DNA of 61,858 bases, the filler included, from Hausera hauseri (lineage: Eukaryota): assembly GCA_046269625.1 (NCBI GenBank). It is 11 parts of 11 records of this genome, joined end to end, with 100 filler letters (N's around TTAATTAATTAA, not from the genome) between each part and the next. Parts side by side here need not be neighbours in the genome. Positions count along the whole stretch, not along the records: positions 29,894 to 36,149 come from JBJURY010119986.1; positions 36,250 to 41,770 come from JBJURY010237073.1; positions 41,871 to 47,876 come from JBJURY010154533.1; positions 47,977 to 52,623 come from JBJURY010489798.1; 7 more parts are not named here. One strand, written 5' to 3'. Positions within the stretch are counted from its first letter, which is position 1. Each line of letters opens with the position of its first letter. The notes under the pieces were generated by a model. It searched no databases. It was not told the origin of the DNA and worked only from the letters and a program-made list of their open reading frames with translations. The position numbers and the translations under genes are program-made. Below, piece after piece: positions 34,439 to 48,168 of the stretch.

Positions 34439-37400
34439 TATGCATTTATGAATCCACAAAATTACACTTTATGTCAAGTAGAATTTGCAGTGACTGTTTT
34501 TTTTTACAATTCATCTTTTGTGGTTTTATTTCTCTTAAACATGAAACAAATTTCACACAAGATTGGCAGTCAATACTCATAAAAATGCCGCAACATGAAA
34601 CAAAAAAAATACCAAGTAAAAATCAGAACAATAATCATCATCTGACATTTTGAATTCCATCATCGGATCGACTAATAGGGATGATTCCTTTTTTCAGAAT
34701 CTGTACATTCCTAGGACTATCTTATCCACGGAGGATATTAGCTTACATATTACCCCCATAACCACCATGCAGTCAAAGTAATTTCCTTTTCTTCACTACG
34801 GATGAAATCTTGGATCCACGACGGACTGGTTCTATGTGGATCTCCCTAAGGAAGGGTGGTCATTCTTTTGAAAAAACGGAAACCCATCTGCAGATCTTTG
34901 CACTCCGTGTAATCGAAGTAAGACTGTAGGATATTGCTGCTTCCTTTCCCATATTGGGCTTTATTTTTATACCTGCTTGTGCATTGGTAGATAATTTGAT
35001 TGTCACACTTGTCAGGATTAACTGGAGCACTGTATTTCTAAATACTAGAGACAAGCCTGTCTCCATGTTCACGGTTCACAGGAGTGTTTCCAGTTGAAGT
35101 TTTCTTCGGTCATAGGAATTTCCGAATTTTTTGTTTAAATCTTCGTTTGCTTTTTGTTTTGATACTTTTTTCTTCACATGTTGGTCTAAGGATTTCAACA
35201 AGCGAATTTAAATCTACAGATTTTTGTTTCAAGCTGCTAATTTTAGTTGGTGATGTACGCAGAAAAATATTTCGGAAGGGATATTTTTCAAATGATAATC
35301 ACTGACCAACGGCGAGCTATGGCTTGCATGTGATTTATTATGTTATGTAATTAATATTTAAAAATGAGGTTAAATACGGATACTATCGTATTCGCTTTAC
35401 CAAAAATTACTCAATTATGCTTCTGAAAACTTACAATTTTAACATTATTCAAATTTCGGGGAGGGATTTATCTCCCAAATCACCCTCTTCCGTACGTCAC
35501 TGATTTCAGTGAATTCGTTGTAGTATTTTGCGCTTTACATCATCTCTTGTCCGTTCTCCGAAGTTTGTTGCTTGATGCGAATCCAATAATGTCGATTAGC
35601 TGGTATTTCGTTGATTTACAACTGTTGTCTGAATAATTATCACTTTTGGTAATTAAATCATTATGAGTAGTTCATATCTCAATTTGTTTTTGACAGTTAT
35701 GTTAGATTACCGAAGTTTGATACGGGTCAACTTATGCAACATGTAAAATCCAGTATAAACTGTCTACCTAAGTCAGTCCGACATTAGTTACATCAGTCTC
35801 ATCCAGATTGAATTACACATTCATTTTATGGCCATCGTTTGTGCTGCTAATAGTGTTCCATAGAATTATCTCCGTGAGGATATAATCGAAAGCTAAAATT
35901 CTAAAATTAAATTAAAAGCATTTTTAAATTTTAAAATTTGTTATTGTTTTCTATAACATTTTAATTATGGTAGTTGTGCTGGTGCAACTTTTTACCCTGT
36001 GGGTTCGTGCGGTGGTTCAGCTACCATACAGGCTAGCCTGCACCTATTTTCTATTTTTCTAAACAAATCTAAATTCAGTGATAAAAATAAATATTTCAAT
36101 AAATTTAATTACAATAGCTTTGGCGGCACATTTAAATAATTATTCATCTNNNNNNNNNNNNNNNNNNNNNNNNNNNNNNNNNNNNNNNNNNNNTTAATTA
36201 ATTAANNNNNNNNNNNNNNNNNNNNNNNNNNNNNNNNNNNNNNNNNNNNGCTCCATTTCTTACATCCAAATCCTTATAACCATTATGTGCTCCTCACTCG
36301 GGGCACCAGTTTATATGTTAGTATGCGCATACAATTAGTATCCCTACAAGTTAGTGCACACCAACATATAAATGATCAATTGTTTCATCCTTATTAATTT
36401 TATGTAGCATTTACTAATTGTTTCATTATGCTTAAGAATCGTGAGTTCTTTGGGCGGTCTGACCTATTAAAGATCCAGCGCCTTATTTTAGTTCTGAACT
36501 TCTAAGAATAATTTGTTTTCCTCTGCTTATATCACCCTTATTATTACAGGCAGGTTATTGAGATTTCCATTATTAATATCTTCTTTCCTTATTTCAATGT
36601 TTTGATTTAGTTATTCTTAATAGGATTCTGAAGATATATTTCTAAAGGTGTATAATAGTTAGTAAATGTAGAGCCAATGAATAGTTTAGGATTCCTAATA
36701 GATTTTCACAACATCTTGGGGTTAGTATAATTTCTTTAATGATATCCATATCCTTTCATTGGTTAAGATTCACACACATATAATTCCCCATTTCAATAAC
36801 CTTCGGACTCAAGTTATCTTCTCCAACATACATGATATACTCTTATACCCGTGGTTAATAATGCCATTATTCGAGGTCCATGTTTTAATAGTATTTAATA
36901 TAAATATGAGTAGGCCTAACTATATATTGTTCTGAAGATTGAGGTAATTTTTATTCTCCCATCGTCTTCTACTCGCATCATTTTAGAATTCGATACAATA
37001 TCTTTCCTCGAATCATTTTTTATTTATTGAGTTTTTTATTATATTTCTTTATCCATTTTCTTACTCCTTTGCCTCCTGGTTGATTTAAGATCTCTAGATC
37101 TTGTTTAATGATATTGTGACTTCATGTGTTCTGTTAAGTGTGTGCTATGTTGATGTTTGTATTGTTGTTTGTTTGCTTAAGATTTTTTCACCAATATTTT
37201 GGTATCATCCCTGGCCCATTAAGACTCTATTTTTATACAACATACTAAACAAATTTATAAATACTTTAATGGTATGGTTTAAATATATCTTATATCCATT
37301 AAGTTATCCGACGTTTTTATTTATCAATGATGCTAATCTTCAAAGCTGTTTGTATCGTAATTATTTATTATTCATATATATTTGCATATAGCCTTACTAA

Positions 37401-39640
37401 ATTTTTTATCTTAGGAAACTTTAACTTAATCATCCTAGCTAGTTACTCTATCATATACTATAATATTCACCCCAACTTGTGATATACTGGTAATCGGATT
37501 TCCAAATCTTGCTATCCTTGTTCAAACCCAAAGGTCATATTTCGTTTGGATAAAATTTCGTTTGGATAAAACGACCACTTGAAATGAGTATTCACAACTC
37601 CAGACGATCTTTAATATTATTAAACAATAGTAATAATTTAATATTATGAGAAAACAAAATCAATTAAAGGAGGATATGATTTAACTCCGATAACACAACT
37701 GTTCACCGAAAAATAAAGAGAAATGATTATTTGTGGTAACATAAAGGGGTGATAAAAAATTTAATTATTCTCTATGATTCGAGAAAACTACGCAACAAAA
37801 TAATCATTTGTGGTAAATTGTGAAAATTGATATAATGAAATAACCGTTCATATAAACTCAAAGAAATGATCATAATATGAAGGCTTGCGGCTATCCATAG
37901 AAATAGCACAGAATTCATTGCTCCTTGAAGTAACGCAAAGTTAATTGTCCACAGTAATTTTGCGGAAACAGTACAATATTTATAATGTGATTATGATCGA
38001 AGGTTACATTTTATAATATAAAAACATAAATTTCACATCAATATAATTAATTACTTTCCTGTAATTTCTTTACAATTATTTACTTTCTATCCATAACAAT
38101 ATCGGGCTTTCCATCTACAACAATTCACAACACGACATCAACTCAAATAGCATTGTTAGATTGAACACATCGTCTGCAGTTATCCCACCTGTTAATCTAC
38201 ACCACTAAGTCTCGTGTAACACTTTCCTGAAGGCATGACCTCAATGCAGCATATGCTAGTCTAGATCTGTATCCCGACCCACATCGTCACGGATATCACG
38301 ACTGCTACTTCCATGTAATTATACAATAGTATGATGTGTTGCTATGTCGTCACTGATTACATTAGATTGGTTGACTGATTCCCTCTGGCATTGCTCACAA
38401 GGTTGTTTTACACATCATTCCGGAGAATACTCGTATTAAACTGTATTCTTTCGACTCGTGTGATATCAGATTTCGGGCAGTGTTTTCCACGAATCGTTTC
38501 CACTTGACGCATAAAGGAGTTCGGAGTTATGCAATGAATGTCGTTTCCCGATCAATAAAATGAGGTCATTTCCCATAATTATCTTACCGTGCTCCTGGTA
38601 ATTATTTTGGACTTTGCTGAGCATCCTTCAATCCTCAATTTCATTGGACTCACCAATTATTATTTCAAATTATAATTTTTTATTTATATAAAACAAATAT
38701 TCACATATACAAATTTACAAACATCTTAAAACGACAAGTATGGGATAATGAATCATTACCGTTTGTTGATTGCTGGTCATTCAATTCCTCTGTTCGTTGT
38801 TCAGCCATGTATATTTTATCAGTGATGAATTTGAGACAAGAGTAACGATTCTATAATTTGGGATAACTGTCTTTAGATGCTTTCTTCTTTCTTTAACGGT
38901 TTCAAATATCTGCTATCTCAGTTAACTAAAGAAATGTCTATTAAAATGTATAACGAAATCTATCCTCAACCTGCTATGTTTACAGGGAAGTTCTTTTAAA
39001 TCGTAGTGCACAGGCAAAATCGAATAGGTAAGTAAAATATTTCGTGTGTTCTGCGTCAAATTGTTTCTCCTTTTATAGGTTGTTCTTAGTTTTAAAAATG
39101 TGATTTTAGAATTTAATTTCCTGTTGGTTTCCTGTTTTCTTTAAATTTCTAAATGGATTCTTGAAATCAATTTTGATTTTTGTTCACAACATTAGATGTT
39201 TTCAGGAAATTGCTTTCCTGTTCTTGTCCCGTTTTCTAAAATCAATTTTAGAAATCGTCGACCACATATCCGTTCTGATTTACTTTACCATTACGCTAAT
39301 GCTTCGCAAGACCACGTATCCGTTTCAATGTACATTATTGCCGCACCGATCTCCGGATGTTTCTGTCTACCTCAGTCTCTATTATTTCACAGAAATGTAT
39401 GTGTCATAAGTGACTGTTTTAATTAGAATGGTTTTCGTTTAATTAAAAATTTTTTATCATCCCATACTGTCGGCTGTTCATGGTTACAGTTTATGTACAT
39501 GCAGCAGTGAAGGAATAGATACCCATCAAGGGGTTTTAACATAAACTAAGAACTAAGAATTGAGATGAATTAAGAATTGAGATGTCAAAATATTTATTAG
39601 TTATAAAAATTCACATGTTAAAGTGTAAAAAGAGTTCAAA

Positions 39641-39720
39641 TGTCAAAGTGATTATGGATAAGGTTTTCAAATTGTTTTTCTGTCAAAGTGATTATGGATA
39701 AGGTTTTCAAATTGTTTCTC
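39641..39720 (+). repeat. 40-bp tandem duplication
   Basis: TGTCAAAGTGATTATGGATAAGGTTTTCAAATTGTTT.TC occurs twice. Confidence 0.9.
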
Positions 39721-40560
39721 TGATCATGCGAGGAGTCGGTTGAATCGGTTCAAGCCTCAACAAAATTAAGAATATTTCAAAATGACAACAGATCTTTTCT
39801 CATAATATTTCTACTCTAATTTTTCTAATTAATTGAAAAACTAATTTTCATGTGTAACATTCAGAATGTTTTGTATCACTACGTCACTACTTCACGCATG
39901 GCATATTTCCGTATCAACCTGTTATCGCTTGTCTTCCATTTTTGTCCATTTGGGATTTTAATTTCTGTATTGAATTCGATAAATGTTTGGCCCTGATTTC
40001 ATCATTTATTTGTCTGCAAATATTTTTGGAATACGAGTTCATGATGATTAGATGTCAGAATTCGTTGATATCTGGTTGAATTTGAATATCTTCGACCACT
40101 AAGGTATACCCTGTCGAATCTATAAAATAAATAAATTTAATTTAAGGAAGAGCTTACTTCTTACTTATCCTATTCTGTGAGTAATGTGTCGGGTCAGTAA
40201 CTGTTCTCACGTATGTTTATTATCTTACGGTTTAATTATCTTGCATTACTTTTCTTTGGACGGGAAGAAGCCCAACTGTACGCCGAAGTGTTCGTGGGCC
40301 TCATTGTCCACATAAGGTGTTGCGAATTTTTGGTTATTTATCGCAGCAAAGACTTCTTATTGAGCAACCAACATTACATCCGTTTTCGATTGGCGAAATA
40401 TTTTCACATTATCAGTCAGCATTATATCCAAGTTTTGACAACAATTATTTATCTGGGAGTTTTGTGTGTACGCTCAACATGTAATTTCCTGCATCCAAGT
40501 TAGTCTTCCATTTTCATCAATCATTCTTCGTTGGTACTTACAATGTCGCTCATAAGTTTA

Positions 40561-41770
40561 CACTCACGGTAATTTTTTTTGAATCTTTTGAATGATTTGA
40601 TTTAAAACGTAAAAAATTCTGTAATTTAATGAAACATTTATTAATTTTTATTGAATGAGCAAAATAGCATATTATAGCAACACTAAGATATCAAAATCCG
40701 CACAATAGTCAATAAAGCTCAGTACTTGGTTTCATATCTTCGGTTTAACAAAACAGCATTAATTCGTCTGGGCATGCAACTTGTTCTTGACAATTCGCCA
40801 CATTTTTTCAATCGGATTGAGGTCTGAACTGTTTTCTGGCCAGTCCAAGACCTCAATCCGATGTGTTCGGAACCATGCTAGGGCTGCTTTGGATATATGT
40901 GCAGTTCAAAATATCCATAAATGTTTTAAGCTTTTCCTCAAGTATTTCCAAATAATATTGGGTGTTCATTGTTGTTTTTTGTTTAAGAAAGGTTAATGCT
41001 CCAAGACCTTTGTATCAAAAGCAGCTTCAAACCATAACAGAAGCAGGGTGCTTTGTTGTCTTAAAAGTGTAATGTGGATTTAATGGTGAGGCATAACGAG
41101 CAATTCTAACAAACTAGTTTTGAGGTTTGAGACATGCGAAGGAGCACTTGCCACTGAACATGACTCTCCACCATTGTTCTTTGAAATTTTGTCAGAATTC
41201 TAATCGCTTTTATCTCATTGCCAAAGTTGTAAGATGTTTCTTCTTGGGACGCTTAGCAATCAAGTTAAAATCGTCATGTAATTGCCTATTTATTATGCTT
41301 ACGGAAACTGTACAACCTAACTTCACTTTCACTTCTTTTGCAGTGGCAAAAGGATTTTTCATGGCTTCATATCTGAATCGCCTGTCAAACCGCTTTGTTG
41401 TATTTTCTGGATCTTCCAGATCTTACTTTAGATTTGATTGAATCAGTCTGTTCGTGCCCTTTGAACCATAAAACTACAGAGCTTTGAGAAATATTTAATA
41501 ATTTGGCAATTTTCCTTGTTGATTTAGAAGAATGCTCCTTTAACGGAACGATCTTCCCTTAATAACGTCATCAAGTTGCTTTTTTTACCCATCACAAGGC
41601 GAACAAATTTGTTAAAAAACTGTTAAAAACCTCCAAATCAAACAACTAACTACCTGATAGATGAAGTTTGTGTTTAACTAACTGAAATTTTTAACGCCGG
41701 GAGTCTGACAAATTGCTGTTATTAAAATAACTGTGCGTATGCGCTAAAAATAGAAAAATATTAAGTGAGT
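40561..41770 (-). mobile_element. Tc1 (DD34E-type) transposon with decayed transposase at ~40719-41592
   Basis: ATG GGT AAA start, VMFSGK (FSDE-derived), KTTKHPASVMV, LDWPENSSDLNPIEKMW and terminal TKY*. Candidate terminus TA-CACTCAC at 40559; the other end is at the contig break. Confidence 0.88.
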
Positions 41771-41871
41771 NNNNNNNNNNNNNNNNNNNNNNNNNNNNNN
41801 NNNNNNNNNNNNNNTTAATTAATTAANNNNNNNNNNNNNNNNNNNNNNNNNNNNNNNNNNNNNNNNNNNNT

Positions 41872-44800
41872 CGAAGGTGAGGTGGGGCGGACTTCCTATA
41901 GGTTTTATTTGCCCTAAGGAGTCAAAATTCGATATAACATTGAGCGGGAACAAATAGGAAGTCGAGTATGGAGATCTCGAATATCGAGTTGAATATTCGA
42001 AATTCAAACATTTTCCCTTCGAATATCGAATTTCTAACTTTTAGAAAAATCTAATGGCGGCATTCGATTTCCCATGTCCGAAAACTCCTTGATGAATTAA
42101 AATTATTCCAGGAAAATGTGCTATACGCATAAAATCAATATTTCGAATTAAGCAAAATGTGCATTTTCAGCCCAGTGAAGCGGAAATCGATAAATCTAAT
42201 AGCATATACATATAGGAAGCCATATATGGCGAATCAGAATATGACGTCAGATATTCTAATTCGAGCTTTAAAGTCGAATATTTAGCTATTCGAACTCGAA
42301 AACTCGATCAAACATGCATTATTGGAAGAATCTGATGACGTCATTCGGTTCTCCATGCGCGAAAACCTATAAGCAAATCGAATTTGGCTCCGACGTGCAT
42401 TTAAATTATTTGATGTATTAAAACAAAGTGTTCTAGAATGTTCAAAAAATAAACGAAAATCAATAAATTCGAAATTTAAAAAATCTATAAAGGAGGCAGT
42501 GTACGTTGATATGGTTATATTTTTCATTATTTCAGAAATCACTTCCAAGAATGGTGAGTTTTTTAATGGTACTCCACAAATAATTGTGCTTTTTTCTAGA
42601 ATTACAAATCGATGATATCATACGCTCCACAAAAACTTCAAAACTGCGGTTCCTTTGTGTATTGCAGATCCGCAGTACACAATCCGCAGAACTGTCATAA
42701 TACCATGAGGAGCTATTATGGATACAAATTCAACAGGATCCTCAATTATATTTGCCCAAGATGTGAGGCTGTATGTGATGGAGAATACGTGCAGTTTTAT
42801 GAAGATCATATTGCCAATTTGACAGACTTCACGTCAAAGTCAAAGAAAGTTATCTTTAATGAGCAACATAATCTTGATGCATCTGCTTCGCAGTATGATG
42901 CTTTGAAGTATTCTGTTTCGCACTAAGCTGCTGGATCTGGTGAAGCAGCTGTGAAGCATATTAGAGAATTGAAACACGCAGCCGCATCAGGCGCAGCGGC
43001 TCCACCAAAAAGTCAAAAACAGCGACCAGTTGATGCTGCAGCATTAAAGAGAAAAGTCCGCAGATGTTATTCTTGCAACTGGTCAAACAACCCTCATAGA
43101 GTTCCTCTTATACACAAAGGAAGAAACAATAGGCATTCTCCAGAATAACATGGCGGAGCTCAAAGCCCTTAAGGTCAATATGAAACTGGAGGTCACATAC
43201 ATCAATGTTGACGGTGAAGAATCCAAAAAGGCCTTCAAGACCCAAAATAGGCCAATATTGGAAGCCACCAATATAGTACAATGGTTGCATGAGGAACGCA
43301 CGAAGCTGATCCATGAGGCTGAGGAGAGCCAGGATAGGAAGAGCGTCTGGACTCTGGCAATCATCAAGAGATTGCTTGTGTATGTGCACAAGTACTCTCC
43401 CATGCAGGGCAGTTCATATATTCAGCTCCCTGAATGGATTCGGCAGAAAAACGAATGCATTAATGTCCATAATAATGGCAACATGTACTTCATATATGTC
43501 ATTCTATCAAAACTCGTACGGGATCAACATAATGCTTCACGAGTTTGGTTATACAAGGATGTGCAGCACAATTATGACTTCCAATGTATTAAGTTCCCGC
43601 TATCCATAGATGAAGTCAAGAAGTTCAGTCGAACAAACAATATATCCATCAACATCATTGGATTAGATGATGAAGACAAATTCTATTCGCTGCAGATGTG
43701 ATACTAAATTGGAAGAGCATAGGGATCTGCTCCTGCTAGATGATGGTGAAAAGAGGAATTTCATCTGGATGAAGAATTTTAAACGTCTAATCAGATCCCA
43801 AATTACGAAACAAGGAAAGAATCGAAATATGCAAAAGGTGCCTGTCACATTTCAATGGCAAGTTAGCTGTGGAGAAGCTGAAGGAGCACAAGATGTACTG
43901 CAGCAACAATTATTGTATCAGGCCAGAATTTCCCAAGGAGGATTACATTGAAATTAAATAGTTAGAGAAGGAGCTCAAGGTCTCAATAGTCATCTATTGC
44001 GACTTTGAAGCGATCCTGCGTCCAGTTCAGGGTTGCAGCCCTAATCCACAACACAGGAGCACAACAGCATACTAATATCATGAGCTCTCATCATATTGTA
44101 TGTATGCAAAAGGACTGAACATTGAACCACATCTATTCAGGGGTCCTGGCGCAGCAGCTCATTTCATGAAGCGACTTGAAGACATAGCTTATAGGCTTGG
44201 AGATATGTTGCAGCGGAATAAGGATACAATGAGCATGTCGAAGAAACAAGAGTGGCACAAGACAACAGCATGTTACTTGTGCGACAAGTCCTTCACAGCA
44301 GAGAATTGGAAAGTCAAGGATCACTTCCATTTTACAGGCACATATCGAGGCGCAGCCTGCAACAACTACAATCTACGTTGCAAAACATTTACATATGTGC
44401 CTGTAGTGTTCCACAACCTCAGTGGCTATGATTCCCACTTCATTGTTCGGGAACTGGGAAACATTGAGGGGAACATTAATGTGATTCCCAATAGTAAGGA
44501 AAAGTATGTCACATTCACGAAGCATGTTGGGAAAATCAGGCTCCGCTTCGTAGACAGCTTCCGTTTCATGTCGTCTTCACTTGACACTTTAGTGACGAAC
44601 TTCCCTGCAGAAGAACTCAAGGAGACGAAGCGGTTCTTCATCACTACATTTGACCTTGTCAATAGGAAAGGCGTGTTTCCCTATGACTACATAACCTCAT
44701 GGGAAACACCGGATGAGACCTCATTGCTGGCCAAGAAGGACTTTTACAATATATTATCAGATAGCGATATCAGTGATGAGGACTATCAGCATGCCCAGCA

Positions 44801-47464
44801 CGTCTGGCATGCATTCCAATGCAGGACAATAGGGGAATATAGCGACATATACCTCAAGACGGACGTGCTGCTGCTAACGGATGTCTTTGAGAGTTTCAGG
44901 GATGTTACAATGATGAGCCATGCTTTGGATCCGGCTCATTTCTTTACGGCTTCATGGATGAGCTGGGCAGCAATGCTGAGATATACCGGGATTAGGTTAC
45001 AGATTATAAAGGATTACGACATGATCCTCATGATCGATAGGCATTAGAGGCGGAATATGCCAGGCCATTCACCGGTATAGTGAGGCCACCAAGTATATGG
45101 CCGAATACGACTCAGCAAAGGCTTCCTCGTATATATCATACCTAAATGCCGACAACCTATATGGTTTGGCAATGAGCGCCCCATTGCCATACGACAACTT
45201 CAAGTGGGTCGACATCCTGAAACGATCCCTATACTGGACCTGGATCTCACTGGAGATACGGAATACATACTGGAGGTGGATATTGAATATCTGACTTCTA
45301 TCCACACAAGGCATCAACAGCTGCCTTTCCTCCATGAGGGCAAGCCTCCTCCTCATGGGAGGCATAGAAAGCTACTTTGCCATCTGGGTAGTAAAGAGAA
45401 GTATGTAGTCCACTACATAAATCTCCAGAAAGCGGTCGGGAATGGACTCCGCATTACGAAGATCCATCGGTCCCTGCAGTTCAGCCAGTCCAACTGGCTG
45501 CAGCCGTATATAGATCTTAATATGAAGAACGACTTTGAGAAGGACCAGTGCAAGCTTTACAACAACAGCTTTTTTGGCAAGACCATGGAGAATATCCGCA
45601 ACAGGATGAACATAGAGTTGGTCTGTGAGTCGAAGCGGGCAAAGAAGCTCATTGCCGAGCCCAACTTCCACAGTAGCACCATATATGCTGAGAACTTGGT
45701 AAGCATCCATATGATGAAAACATCCCTGCAATTGAACAAGCCCATATATGTGGGTATGGCAATACTGGACCTGTCAAAGACCTTGATGTACAAATTCCAC
45801 TATGACATCATGGTCCCCAAGTTCAAGGAGCTGCAGCTGATGTATATGGATACTGATAGTTTCATATATTAGATCCATACAGAAGATATTTATGAAGACT
45901 TTGCTCAATTAGCCCAGCATATGAATACGTCTGACCATCCAAAGGAGCATCCCAACTATTCAATTACCAACAAAAATGTCCTTGGGAAATTCAAAGACTA
46001 GGTGAATGGGCAGACATCTCGCGATTTGTAGCTCTTGCGTCCAAAACGTATGCCCTTGATGTGACCAGATCAAAAAGAGAGCCACGGGCGTTCAAAGGGC
46101 TACCTTGGCTAAGAAGATCACCTTTGCGAATTATGTGAGAGTTCTGCAGGAACAGAATCACATCGTATCTAAAATGAAAAGGATCCAGTCTAGGGATCAT
46201 AACATTGAGACAGTAACACTGCAGAAGAGCCTAGATTGGAAGGACGACAAAAGGCAGATCCTGGATGATGGAATAAGCATACTACCTCACGGGCATGTCG
46301 CACTGTAAATATATGGCTTCCTATATGTATATGATATTAGATTTGTCGATTTCCGCTTCACTGGGCTTTAAATGCACATTTGGCTTAATTCGAAATATTG
46401 ATTATATATATGTAGCACATTTTCATGGAATAACTTTTATGCATCAAGGAGTTTTCGGACATGTGGAATCAAATGCCGTCGATATTCGAAGGGGAAAATG
46501 TTCGAATTTCGAATATTCAACTCGATATTCGAGATCTCCATACTCGGTTTCCTATCTATCCCTGCTCAATGTTATATCAAATTTTGAGTGCTTAGGGCAA
46601 ATAAAACCTATAGGTCTGCCCCACCTCACCTTCGCGTCGATATTATTCGAAAATCAATCGACCGATTTAAATTCTAATTGCACATTTGTATAGTGCACCA
46701 TTTTTCCAATCGATTGCACCCGGTCACGTGCTAATTATCAATATTAAAAATATCGGAAAACCGATATTATTGATTTTTGTACACTTGCACATGTGCAGTA
46801 TACCTGAACAGTACACACCTAGAGGCATCTCGACATGCTATATCCACCTGCACGTGGTCCTGATCGATTCGATCAATCCTAGGCCGTACAGGTATAAAAA
46901 TGTGAAAAGTGCAAAAGTGCCATAGCAACGGTGCCAAAGGGCACCTCAACCTTTAGCATTTCCCGATCAGTAGTGCCCCGGGTGCACTACCGACCAGTAC
47001 ATGTGACGTATCGATTTTATCGATTTTTATTTTATGCCGGAAAGGCCTATGGACATAATGCCTCAGTTGACATTTTATCGAAAACCAACCGATAGATTTA
47101 AATTCTAATTTCACATTGGTGTAGTGCACCGTTTTTCCCATCGCTTCACCCGGTGCCGGATGCTAATCATCAATATTGGAATTAAAAAAAATTCGATATT
47201 ATTGATTTTTCCCACTGGCACCTACACAGTGCACAGATCGATGCGCCTTGATGTGCATTATCGAATAGCACTTTGCTCCGATCGATTCGATCAATACTGC
47301 ACTGTGCAACGATCGATAAGTGAAAAGTGCAAAAATGTGCTTAGCACATTACCGGTCGATAATGAACCGGATGCACTATCGACTGGCACATGTGCAAAAT
47401 CTATTGGCCCATTAGCAGTTTCCACGAGGAGGGGGTGAGGGAGAAACCCAATATTTCCCCTACT
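41872..47464 (+). mobile_element. Small Polinton/Maverick-like element bounded by long inverted repeats
   Basis: 41872-42226 is an inverted copy of 46309-46634. The right arm continues with subterminal direct repeats and ends ...CCCCTACT (AGTAG-type terminus) at 47464. The left arm is cut by the contig edge. Confidence 0.75.
43150..46308 (+). pseudogene. Protein-primed family B DNA polymerase (Polinton type) with endonuclease-VII-like Zn insertion; frameshifted
   Basis: ExoI IYCDFEA; CYLC..VKDHFHFTGTYRGAAC; ExoII FHNLSGYD; KGVFPYDY; ExoIII YLKTDV; motif A YLNADNLYG; motif B KLYNNSFFGK; motif C YMDTDS; terminal DDKRQI. Confidence 0.95.
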
Positions 47465-47499
47465 TCAGAGTATAGGTTGATTGTTTAAATACTTTATTT

Positions 47500-47690
47500 C
47501 CTGCATAAATGATTCATCAACATGGCAATTTTTGTGATATTGGTACATCCTGTATAAATGGTTCATCAATATGACATTTTTGTAATATTGTTACATCCTG
47601 CATAAATGGTTCATCAATATGACAATTTTTGTAATATTGGTAGATACTTCATAAATGGTTCATCAATATAACATTTTTGTAAATGTTAGT
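47500..47690 (+). repeat. Minisatellite, ~48-bp unit x4
   Basis: CCTGCATAAATGGTTCATCAATATGACA.TTTTTGTAATATTGGTACAT repeated. Confidence 0.9.
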
Positions 47691-47976
47691 AGATCGCGTC
47701 TCTACAGTACCGACCTCAAACTTATTCGACGATTGTAAGAGAATTATCCATAAGATATTCATTATTCCTTCACTCGGGAAATGAAGCTTATTTTCCTTCT
47801 TTTCTGAATTTCGTGACTTTCTTTTGACTATTTATTGAATAATCTTCGAATTAAATTTAAACATTTCATCCGTTTTNNNNNNNNNNNNNNNNNNNNNNNN
47901 NNNNNNNNNNNNNNNNNNNNTTAATTAATTAANNNNNNNNNNNNNNNNNNNNNNNNNNNNNNNNNNNNNNNNNNNN

Positions 47977-48168
47977 TATATAGATTTTATATATGTATGA
48001 CTCATTACTGGCTCGGCTCAGTAATATATAGATTTTATATATGTATGACTCATTAGTGGCTCGGCTCAGTAGTATATAACTATTATATTCGTATGACTCA
48101 TTACTTGTATGACTCATAACTGGCTCGGCTCAGTAGTATATATATTTTATATTTGTATGACTCATTAT
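47977..48168 (+). repeat. Minisatellite, ~48-bp unit x4; inverted copy at ~52411-52475
   Basis: TATATAGATTTTATATATGTATGACTCATTACTGGCTCGGCTCAGTA repeated. Confidence 0.9.

Noticed and set aside
34640-35310. Short ORFs downstream of Gemin5
   Set aside because: No recognisable product; frames are interrupted.
36250-39500. Degraded minus-strand frames, one reading PKLFIGS like the QPLFIGS motif of the polyprotein
   Set aside because: Many stops and the spacing to neighbouring motifs does not match; too weak without a profile search.
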